A program made the translations under genes and the position numbers. Under the pieces are notes generated by a model. That model saw only the letters and a list, made by a program, of their open reading frames with translations. It did no database searches and was not told the origin of the DNA. Positions 52,621-64,000 of a stretch of DNA of 64,000 bases are shown here, piece by piece; position 1 is the first letter of the stretch; each line of letters begins with the position of its first letter. Origin of the DNA: the human T2T-CHM13v2.0 reference genome, Homo sapiens; NCBI RefSeq assembly GCF_009914755.1, contig NC_060935.1; one strand, 5' to 3'.

Positions 52621-53172
52621 AGTGCAGTGTCAGGCAGACCCGGGACCGTGGCGGTGAGGAGGTGCAGTGTCAGGCAGACCCGGGACCGTGGTGATGAGGA
52701 AATGCAGTGTCAGGCAGACCCGGGACTGTGGTGATGAGGAAATGCAGTGTCAGGCAGACCCGGGACTGTGGTGGTGGTGAGGAGGTGCAGTGTCAGGCAG
52801 ACCCGGGACCGTGGTGGTGTTGAGGAGGTGCAGTGTCAGGCAGACCCGGGACCGTGGCGGCGAGGAGGTGCAGTGTCAGGCGGACCCGGGACCGTGGCGG
52901 CGAGGAGGTGCAGTGTCAGGCGGACCCGGGACCGTGGCGGCGAGGAGGTGCAGTGTCAGGCGGACCCGGGACCGTGGCGGCGAGGAGGTGCAGTGTCAGG
53001 CGGACCCGGGACCGTGGCGGCGAGGAGGTGCAGTGTCAGGCGGACCCGGGACCGTGGCGGCGAGGAGGTGCAGTGTCAGGCGGACCCGGGACCGTGGCGG
53101 CGAGGAGGTGCAGTGTCAGGCGGACCCGGGACCGTGGCGGCGAGGAGGTGCAGTGTCAGGCAGACCGGGGAC
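52621..53172. repeat. 40-bp CpG-rich minisatellite (VNTR), about 13.5 units
   Basis: Unit cgaggaggtgcagtgtcaggcggacccgggaccgtggcgg; two 43-bp variant units. Confidence 0.97.
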
Positions 53173-55179
53173 TTGGAGCACCTAGTTCCACTTGCGGGCT
53201 GACCTTCTATTTTTTGTCATCGTGTTGGGAGCTTAGGAAAGTGACTTAACCTCTCTGTGCTTCAGTTTGTCCGTTGGTAGAAAGGGGGTGATTATACTCC
53301 CCGCTCCATGGGGTTTGGAGGAAGGCTGTGTGGGTTGTGCTGAGCAGCGTGATGGTGCAGGCTGTCTGGGTCAGTGCCGAGGGAGCGAGTCTTCCTTCGG
53401 CGGTTGTAATCAGAAGTAGCTTCCAAGGCTGGGTGCTGCCAGGAGGAGCTGGGGTGGGTGAAGGGGCAGTGGGGAGCACGGCTCACACGGCCAGCGGGTG
53501 ACCTGGGGAGGACGGAGGGGGGTGTGCTGGGCGCTTCAGGCGTGTGGCTCCCTTTCCTGTGGGGCGAAGGTCAGGAGGGGGGCAGGGCCTGGCTGTGTCA
53601 GAATCACTCAGACTCTTAAGACACATCCAGAGTCCCCAGCCCCACCCCAACCCAACGCACCCACTCCACCAGAAGAAACGGGGCAGGTGGGGGCCAAATC
53701 TGTGAGTTCCCAAGGGAGGACTGTGTGGGGCAGGTTGTGGGGGGCGGCGCTAGCATGGCTGGAAACATCTCGAGGTTTGAAGCCAGAGCCTCAGGTGAGA
53801 CTCAAGGGTCCCTGGGACTCCCTCCTGGGTGTCTGACCGTTTATCTTTCATGGAGTTACAGGCGAAGACATTTCTGTGATGTCTTGAATTCTGCTTTTTC
53901 CTGATTTTGAGCAAATGAAAGCCAGCTGGGTGTAGGGAGTCAGGTGCCTTCCCCAAGGAAGGGGCTGAGAGGGTGGTCACACCGGGACCCCAAGGGACAG
54001 GGAGCAGCGTTCCCAGGGGCACACAGGCGGCCTCCTAGAGGTAGGGATGCGTTGGTGGCGGGGGGGGGCCCCGCACTGCTGTGTGCCTTCAAGGTGGCAC
54101 TATTTACGTGGCCCCTGAGCTGCAGGGTGACCGCTAGCCCTGGGCTGTGTCCTGGCTCCCCCGCCCCTCCTGAAGTGACCCCCATGAGACAGGGCAGGTA
54201 TATCCCACGAGCCTCTGCCGCCCAGCGTGGCCGGGGCTCAGTGGGACCATGGCGGCTGCGATGCTGCTCTCTGCAGCTCAGAGTCACTCTCATCCCCAGC
54301 AGTCGAGTGCAGAGCCTGGGCCTCCGGCCTCCCCACCCCCTCCACACAGCCCCAGGACCAAGGCAGCAGCTGGCTTCGGTTTCTGCCATGTTTTTCCAAT
54401 TATGTGGAATGAGCTAAAAACAGCAGGAGTGAGGCCTTATTTGGGAGTTGCCACCGCCATCCTCGGAAGCTGCTGTTCCTCACTGCCACCCCTCCAGCCC
54501 CATCCTCTGTGGAACGTGCCCCTGTTCTTTTGACTTTTGTCTCCTGCACATCCCTCCTGCTTGGGGGCCTTTGGGCAGTGGGCTTAGCGGCGTGCACCAT
54601 GCCACTCGGGCCACACATGCCCTGGCCGGTGGCTCTCAGAGCTATGTCCAGAGGGTGGCCAGGCAGTGCTCCCGGCAGCGCCCAGATGAGGCTGGGGTGC
54701 GGCTTGGGGATTTGTGGGCCGCTGGCCACAGCTCACCCAGACAGAGTTTTAACAGATGTTCGTCTGTCAGGGACAGGAAACAAAAAGAAGTCGGGGATGG
54801 AGTGGGGGCAGCGGGAGGAACAGAGGGGGCCACTGTCGAGTCTGACGGGCAGACTGACAGCTGGAGCCGACGGCAAAGCCCCTCACGTCCCTCCGTCTGT
54901 CCGGGCGGATTAGCTCAGGAAGCAGGGCCCGCTCAGCTCGGGGCCGAATAACGGGCGTTTGTTCCCAGAGTCTGGCTGTCTTGTCACTTATCAGGGAAGT
55001 AGGTCAAAGGGAAAAAAGAAAGGAGGTCCTGTGGGGCCGAGTCTGCCGCGGCCGGGCAGTGATTGGCGTTGACTTTGCAAACAGAAGGCAGCTGCTGTTC
55101 TCAGCCATGGACCGTGAATTTTTAATAGCAAGAAAATCAGCTCACACGGTTCAGGAAGTTGTGGAAGAAGCCTGAGTGC

Positions 55180-55480
55180 TAACTTTATTTTTTTAATTGA
55201 GGTATAACTTGCAGGCAATAAAACGCACACATTTTAACGTGTACATTTGGATTAACTTTGACAGCTGCATATGTCTGCATAACTACCACACGGTCCAGAC
55301 AGAGAACATTTCTACCACTGGGAAAGTTCCCGGTGCCCCTTTGCCATCCTCAACCCCCGCCCCCTCCACCACTCTCCTGACTTCTATCACCTTGGATTAG
55401 CGTTGCCTGTTCCAGAACTACATGGAAATGGAACCACGCAGCTGTGCTCTTCTGCTTTTTGGCCTGAATACTCACTGTCA
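55180..55480 (-). mobile_element. L1ME-type 3' fragment
   Basis: ttaattgaggtataactt...gttccagaactacatggaaatggaacca. Confidence 0.7.
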
Positions 55481-56842
55481 GGGCTGATGCAAGAGGAGAG
55501 GGGCGCATCATATTCCTGGAGAACGCTGTCACCGTGGAGCGGGGGCACAGGGGGAATGGCATCTCTGGGATGGGTGAATGCTGTGGGCGCCTTTCCACAG
55601 GCTCAGAGTTAGACTGTGGTCACTGGTTTTGTCCCCTGCAGCCTCTTCCATGTCCCCCTTGTGACTGCAGCATAAGCCCAGCTCCATGCGGACCCCAGAC
55701 CAGCTCCGCAGCTCCAACAGCTTCCCTTTATCTTCAGTGGCGAGCTTTGCGCTTGCAGGGTGCGGGGCCTGGTGGGACGCCCACGTTGCCCAGACAGAAC
55801 CCTTGTGCGGCTGCGGGCACTCCTTGCCCTTTCCGCATTTGGTGATGACTCCTTGTTTCGTTTCACTGACCGTGCCCTGTGCCTCTGCTCTCCCTCCCCA
55901 GTTCCGTGTGCCCTGGGGTCAGTGATAGAAGACACGGCCCCTGGACCCCAAGTCTGCTGAGCTGACACCTCGGGCTGCCGCTCACCTGCAGAGAGACACT
56001 AGAAGGCTCCGACTCCCTTCCTGGCCCCCACTCTGTTTTTCTACCTTTTACCGCCTATTCCAATGGAAATGCACGATTTGTTTCTCCCTGTGCACATCTG
56101 AGTGTGGACCTCCCTGCCCCTGCTCGTGCTGTGCCCACCACCTGGAGCACCCTTCCCCTGCCCCCTGCCCCCGGCCACAGCGCCCCTCCATCCAGACCCC
56201 ACTCCTGCACACGGCTCCTCCGCCCGTGCGCAGCCCTCTGAGAGTGTGGCAGGTGCACCAGGCTCTGCTCTAGGGAGCTTCTTCCTCTTCCTGTGTCCCA
56301 CGGGACCAACATCGGGACCCAGGAAACAGGCTGGGAGAGTTCGGTAACACCTTCAAGAGGGTTTGAGAGCTGAGGTTCTTTGGTCTTCAGTGGAGCTGGC
56401 AGTGACTTTCTTGACTTTGTCAAGAGAAGCCCCCCGTCTCTGTGCCACCTCTGGGGATGTGATTGAACGGAAATCAGAGCATCCGAGTTCCAGCCTCAGC
56501 CCTCTGCTGTGTGGCTGTGAAATGTAGGCCCTGTGTGCCTTGCTGACCTGGGAGGGTCGAAAGGACGGTGTCTGGGGAAGGATGCATAAGTTGTAGAGTG
56601 CCCTGCACTTGTGATAGGTGGGGCCGCGTGAACTGCTGATAGCCATCTTCTGTCAGTTGGGGCAGTGGCATTGTCACATGGTTCCATTCTAATCCGTTAT
56701 TTTGGCTACTGCCACTGAGGCGGGGTGGGTGACAAAAGTAACGTTTCTTGGGGGCCACTGCAGCGGTCATGGTCCTGAGCCCTATACCCAGGCACGCGTC
56801 CTGGGAGCTGTGTGAGGGGTCGTCCGTGGCTGGCCCTGCTTC

Positions 56843-57175
<333 letters not shown>

Positions 57176-57669
57176 TGAGGCACATGGTGCCGAGAGCTCG
57201 CTGAGGTCTATGGAGGAAGGGCGCAGATGGGATCTGGGCCTGGCGTCCTGGCCGGCCCCCAAGGCCTTCTCCACAGAGTTTCCATGTATACCGGGGTGGC
57301 CTTGCGGAGGGGCGCAGCCATGCGTCAGGCTGGAGCCAGCTGCAGAGGCCACAGACAGGGTGTCATGAGCAGTACAAGTAACCGCTGCTGTCCATTGAAC
57401 ACCTACTGTGTGCCTGGGTTCAGAAAGGCACCCTGTGCTGGCTTTTAAAGAATTAGGCCGCCTGCCTAAAGGGGGGAGTGTGGCCTTCTTTTTCATTTAA
57501 GTCACCAACTGTTTTATACATCCACGCCCCTAAATTCTTCAGTTTTAGGCAAAGATGAGAGGGCTGCCCAGGCGTCATTTGCTCAACAAAACCACACTTC
57601 ACTTGTGAGGCTGTGTTCCCTCACCAGGGTCCCCAGCAAGGGGGTGTGAGTGTTTAGTACCACAGGGAG

Positions 57670-57772
57670 GGCTGGCGCGGTGGCTCACGCCTGTAATCCC
57701 AGCACTTTAGGAACTCCTCACCTGAGGTCAGGAGTTCGAGACCAGCCTGGCCAACATGGTGAAATCCCATCC
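57670..57772 (+). mobile_element. Rearranged Alu left-arm fragment
   Basis: Alu 5' end with an internal replacement; ends at gaaatcccatc. Confidence 0.85.
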
Positions 57773-59400
57773 CCACTGCCTGCCTGGGGAGTGGCCATGC
57801 AGCCATGGGCCTGAGGTTGTGGTGGGGCATGGGGGCAGAGGCAGGCAGTGGGGGGCCACAGGAGGGGCTGGCTGGCACCGAGGGATGGGAGAGGAAGGGA
57901 CCCGCCTGCAGGTCCCTTCCTGAGGCCGGCACTGACTTGGTCACTCTCTGGCTGCCCTGACCCCAGGCAGAGCAGCGACTTTCCTGTTTTAGAGCTGAGC
58001 AGACAGAGCCCCTGACTGCAGGCCAAGGTGCCTGCCAGCTGCTCCTGGAGGGCCATAGCCTCTCTGTGCTTGCTGGAAGGTCCCAGGCACCGTGCAGGTG
58101 ACAGTGGCCGGCCTCAGGTTCCAGCAGAGCCAGCATCGGGCCCAGCCACTTCCCTTGTGCTTTGTGACCCTATGGTCACTTGGCACAGGATCCCGGGTCA
58201 AATGCTGCGGTTGCGGCATTTGCCCCACCACTTACCCCTGGGGGCAGCGGAGAAACTTAATCAATTGCTAAACAACAAAAATAATCTGGCCGCCTGCCAG
58301 CTGGGAAGCCACTGTGGCCAGGCTGTTTATGGCCTTGGGATCTGCGCAGTGGACAGTGGCCTGCACCGTGACCCCGTTCATCCTGCGTGCCCCAGGCCCA
58401 GGAGGTGGCTCAAGCCCTCTGCCTCCTGTAAGGGCACCTGAGAAGGAGGCCCTGGAGCTGGGAGCAGAGCTGGGGGTGGGCGTCCGGGCAGCAGAGGCCG
58501 ATTCTCAGCTTTCCCTGGATCTCAGCTTTCCCCGGATCTCAGCTTTCTGCTACCCGTGTGAAAAGAAGCCAGGAGAACACAGCTATCCTGGGTTGGTGCC
58601 GGCTGTGGTGGGAGGCCTGCGGTGGGAGCCTCCGGGGGCCACTGGACCTTTCCTGGGTGGCCTGTGGCCTGGGAGCTGCACTTGGTTCGGTGCAGGGAGG
58701 TTGTGACATCCACTCTGTCTGCAGGGATGGCCGGGGCCCTGCGGCTGGGTGATGAGGTGGGATGGAGGTGTCCGGGGCTGCCCTGCCTCCTTTTGCCAAA
58801 ATAACAAAAATTATCTTGTTTGTTGTGAAAAAACCTGTTTTCCCACATTGGGGCATGGAGGGTATTAACTGTGATGACCTTCTGAGTTCCTGCACACTGG
58901 TGACCCATTGGCAGGGTCTCCTCCTGGCTCTGGCAGGGGTGGCTCAGGCCGCTGGGTGACGGTGTGCTGGCCAGATAGTTCCTGGGGCTGCAGGTGGCTT
59001 CTTTCGCCCCATCCCTCCCATCCCCTTTCATTCTTCCTGTCAACACATCTCAGACCCTGGACACCGAATGAGCCGTCGGTACCCACACCCCAGGGCAATT
59101 CAGTGGAGGGGTAGGTGGCTCGTTCCCCCACGTTGCCCCAGGAAGAGGACCCTGTCCCCGGCATCCTGACCCACCTCCCTTAGAGACCGAGAGCCTCTAA
59201 GGATAAACCCATTCACCCGTGTTTCAGAGGCTTTTTTTTCCTCTTATAAAATAACATTTATACGTTCGCTGTAGCAAGGAAAACATTATAAAAAATAGTG
59301 AAGAAAATAGAAATTACCCATAATTTTGCCACACAGACTTAGTTGTGTCCATGTATCTTGTGCACCTTTTTTCTGTTTACGGATCAAAATCGACTTTTAG

Positions 59401-59735
<335 letters not shown>

Positions 59736-60493
59736 TTAGGAGATTGGTTCAAACAATGTGTGTAATGTTGTGTCTGAGTGTTTTTCATTTATCGTTCATG
59801 CAAATTCCGACATCATTCACTCTTCTCCAGAGTGTGCTGTTTTCCTGCCTGTGTCATCACCCGTCACCTTGAATGCCCTCGTTTAGGTAAAATAAGTACA
59901 TTTTATTCAAAAATATTTGAGGACATTTGGGTTGTCTCCAGGTTCTTGGTCTTGAGTTTTGCTGTTCTTGTGGAGCCATGGTGGTGTCTGGTTGCAGGAA
60001 CCTCCATGCGTTCCAGCTGCTGCTTCTGCCTGTGTTCTTAGAGAGGAAATGCTGGGGTCCGCGGTTCCCGGGCTGCTGACCAGGAAGCCTGCGGTGCTTT
60101 ACGGCCCTTCCAGAAGCGGGAGATGCCCCCACTTAAGTGTCAGACAGGCCTTTCCACCTCACTGGCAGCTCTGAGCGGCTCCCTTCTATTTGCAGATGAC
60201 TGAGAAGTTACCAATTTCCACGTTTACTGACTGCTGTTTCTCCTGTTAATTTGTATTTATAGTCTTCGCTAATTTATTGCTAGGGTTTTGGTGTTGTCCC
60301 TATTGACTTGTATGCCTTTTAATTTTTTAAACAACATTAATAGACTTCATTTTTTTAGAGCAGTTTTAAGTTTACAGGAAAATTAAGGGACAAGTACAGA
60401 GAGTTCCTTCCACCTGCTGTCCTCCTCTCCTCCTCCCCACCTTCCCTCCTTCCCCTATTGTAACTTTCTTTCTGATATTATAAAAGTCACTCA

Positions 60494-60787
<294 letters not shown>

Positions 60788-60804
60788 GTCACACACGCTT
60801 CTTG

Positions 60805-61121
60805 TACGAGGGTCATTTGGCCGAGGGGCCAGATGGCTCACCATCTAGTTGGGACAGGCCATGAGCTCGGAATGCTTTTTACATATTTACATGGTTGAGA
60901 AGAAAATCAGGAGAATAATGTTTTGGGACATGGGAAAATGACATGGAATTTGCATTTTAGTGTCCATAAATGAAGTTTTGTTTGCTCCCAGCTGTGTTGA
61001 CTGAGGCAGGCTGGCTTCCTACAGCTGCGGCAGAGCTGAGGAGGCGGGAAGGAGACCGTGCAGGCCGCAGCACCGAAAATATTTGCTCTCTGGCCCTTCC
61101 CAGAGTGCTTGCCGACCTCTG
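60805..61121. mobile_element. hAT-Charlie MER58-like element
   Basis: aaaatatttgctctctggccctt...ttgccgacctctg terminus; gtgtccataaatgaagttttg. Confidence 0.7.
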
Positions 61122-61534
61122 TCCGACAGCTAGAAGGAAGGATAGGACCCGTCCGACGATAACCACTGTTGACATTTGAGCGCGTTTCCTTCCCGGCTTT
61201 TGTGTGAGAGTGGCAGTCTGTTTGCTTTTGTGGTCGGGATCTGCTGCACGCACGGCGGGCTGTTTGCATGAGGCTTCCTGGAGGATAGGGCTGGGCTCGG
61301 AGCTGCACGCAGTGGGGCGTGTCCTGCATGCAGTGGGGCCTCAGAAGAGAGCTGTGGTGGGCGGGGCAGTGCCAACGCTGGTGGGTGCCAGGCCTCCACG
61401 CTCAGATCAGCCCCGGCGACAGGTTTGGGCCACCCTCTCTCTGGCCTCTGTGCAGTGGCCCAGGCCGTCTGCTCTGCCTGGCACACTTGCCTCTGTCCTT
61501 CCACTGAAGCGCTCCTCTTACCCTCTGCTCCCGG

Positions 61535-61970
61535 CTGGGTACGTTGAATTGTGTCCCTCAAGGAGATATGCTAAAGGTCTAACCCCAGGAACCTGTGTAT
61601 GTGATCTAATTTGGAAACAGGGTCTTGGCTGATGTAATCAAGCGAGGATGAGGTCACCCTAGAGTAGGGGGCCTATATCCACGGTGCTGGTGTCCTCATG
61701 AGAGCAGGTGAGCAGACACTGACACTCAGGGGTGAAGGCTGCATGGAGTCAGAACAGGGCTTAGTGCGATGGCGGCCACAAGCCAAGGAACTCCAAGTAT
61801 TTCCTGCAACACCAGAAGCTGGAAGATGCCAGGAAGGATCCTGCCCTGGAGCCTTCGGAGGGAGTCTGTCCCTGCAGACGTCTTGACTTTTGATTGCAGG
61901 GATGCATGTCTTAGGGTGTGTGGGGGGGTGCATTTCTGATGTTAGAAGCCACCTGGTTGGTGGCGATGTG
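61535..61970 (+). mobile_element. MLT1 (MaLR) LTR
   Basis: gttgaattgtgtccctc...aacctgtg.atgtga..taatttggaaacagggtc...gatgtaatcaag...caacaccagaagctggaaga. Confidence 0.8.
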
Positions 61971-63498
61971 TCACGGGAGCCCTCTGCAGGTTCTGCGTGT
62001 CCATGTGGTCGGGGACAGAGGTGGGCAGGGACGGACGGTGTCGAGCTGGACATGTCCATGACGTCGGCCATCCCTTGGGATGGCTTTTTTGTTTTGAGGA
62101 TAAGGCTGCCTGCCAGGAAGCTGTGCCCTGCCTGGCCCTTGCCCCAAGCCCCTGGCCTGTGCTTGGCCTCGCGGAAGGGATGTCGCCCTTCTCTCCTGCA
62201 TGCGTGCAGGGAGGAAGGGGAGAGGTCAGCAGCCCGCCTGGAGGAGGCTCGGGCGAGGGGAAGGTTTCACTTTCAGGCAATGTTGTGGGGCTGTTTAAAC
62301 AACCCCAAAGAAAACCATTTGGCCAAACTGTTAGTTTCCAAACATTTTACTTCCTTGGTGTTTAAATAAATTCCTACCAAGACTCTGTAGCTGGTCCCAG
62401 GGAAGGAGTTGGCCTCTCTTCTTTATAGCCCGGCACAGTCAGTCCCCTGCACCTGCCCCTCCCAACCCCAGGCCTGCTTCCCCGTGGCCATGGCTGCTGC
62501 CCGGACCTCTCTACACACAGAACCTCCTGGAGGCCAGCTGTGGGCACCAGCCTTGGCAGGGCTGTGGCGGAGCCCAGGCTGCTGGTACTCTCTCTGCAGC
62601 TGCTCCCTGCTGGCCTGGCTGGACAGCGTCCCCACCACCACTGGGGTCACCTCTGTGCTGGTCACAGCTCACTCAGACCTTCAGGCAAATGGGTTGGATC
62701 CTGCCTCTCTCCCAGGTGTCTCAGTCTCTGCAAAACTCAAAAACCTCAGAGGCCTTGCAGCCTGAGGGGTGTCAGAGACACCTCCTTCGAATCAGTAAAC
62801 ACCTACAGATTCACCCCAGCAGTGAAAGGACTGCTTCGCCACAGAGGTTTGATTTACTCCTAAGTAATTGGAAGGGATGCCGAGAATAGGTTCCTCATGG
62901 TGGGACTAGAGGCCCTCTGCTGACCTAGTTAACAGAGGGCTAGGGCTGGGTGTGCTCAGCCCCTGAAGGTTCTAGGCCCATTTGGGACACCCCGCCAGAA
63001 CCTGCCACAACCTGCCATGTGGTGACAGCTACCTAAATCCCAGAGGCTCTTGAGCTGGAGAGCAGACCTCTCAATCTCAGCAGGCCCCCCACACAGACCC
63101 CATAACCCTAGTCTGCCTTCACAGTACAGTTCGTGGCTATGTGTTCACGGATGGTGTTGTTCACCTAAGGTCTCTGCCCTGTGACCCCAAGGGCGTCCTG
63201 AGGGCAGATTCCAAGTCTGTTTCGTCCACCCCTCCTTCCCTAGCAGCGGGTCCAGGGCCTGGCCTGAACTAGCTTCCCACAGAGATACTGGTGGGATGAT
63301 GAAGGCAGCCAGGCGGCAAGTGAAAAACGCACTTCCTGCATGTGCTGGCTCCTGGGATTGAAGTGTTTGAGGAAGCAAAGTGAAGTGAGCTTTCCTCTTG
63401 CGGCTGTGTGTCCTTGGGCCGGGAGCCTACCCTCTCTGAGCGTTGGGGTCCTTGTCAGTAGAATGGGGCATCCTCATAGCTCAAGGGGTGGTGTGTGA

Positions 63499-63821
<323 letters not shown>

Positions 63822-64000
63822 TACTTTAGTGATTTCTTAGGAGGACAGAGGGAACGGGCTGGCAAGACAGGCTTGGAATGTGTTTTGGGATCAAGTGCCG
63901 GTTTCTGTCTGGCACTGGCGTTCTCTGTGGGGCCATGATGGACACACTGCTGAGGTCAAGCGTGATTCGTCTTGCGCTGTGCCTGGCAGTCTCATTGGAA

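Noticed and set aside
52621-53172. CRISPR-like appearance of the 40-bp array (also the 60-bp array at 28769-29128)
   Set aside because: Contiguous tandem units with no unique spacers, no cas genes and a eukaryotic intron context make these minisatellites.
52747-53249. Repetitive ORFs in all three + frames
   Set aside because: By-product of a stop-free 40-bp repeat; non-ATG starts and no domain similarity.

Overview
Human (or near-identical primate) GC-rich, Alu-dense genomic DNA from inside the LRP5 gene, which encodes a Wnt co-receptor of the LDL-receptor family, on the + strand. The window runs from within intron 1 to within intron 5. It contains coding exons 2 (28275-28671, 397 nt), 3 (38078-38275, 198 nt), 4 (44175-44371, 197 nt) and 5 (46001-46132, 132 nt). 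All have canonical AG/GT boundaries and splice into one open frame encoding the first six-bladed YWTD beta-propeller plus the first EGF-like domain. The rest is intron: about 40 Alu elements or fragments, old L1/L2/MIR/MLT1/MER relics, four minisatellites, microsatellites and G-rich tracts. No prokaryotic features, RNA genes or additional credible protein-coding genes were found, and I found no convincing new biological system. The most interesting observations are structural or regulatory: a 60-bp VNTR built from an Alu 5' junction about 100 nt after exon 2, a polarised CpG-rich 40-bp VNTR, an Alu internal fragment that looks locally templated, a tailless Alu with an intact TSD, G-quadruplex tracts at the exon 4 and 5 donors, an AG|GT exon 3 start, and candidate intronic enhancers. 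Repeat family names were assigned by eye from remembered consensus sequences and repeat boundaries are approximate.
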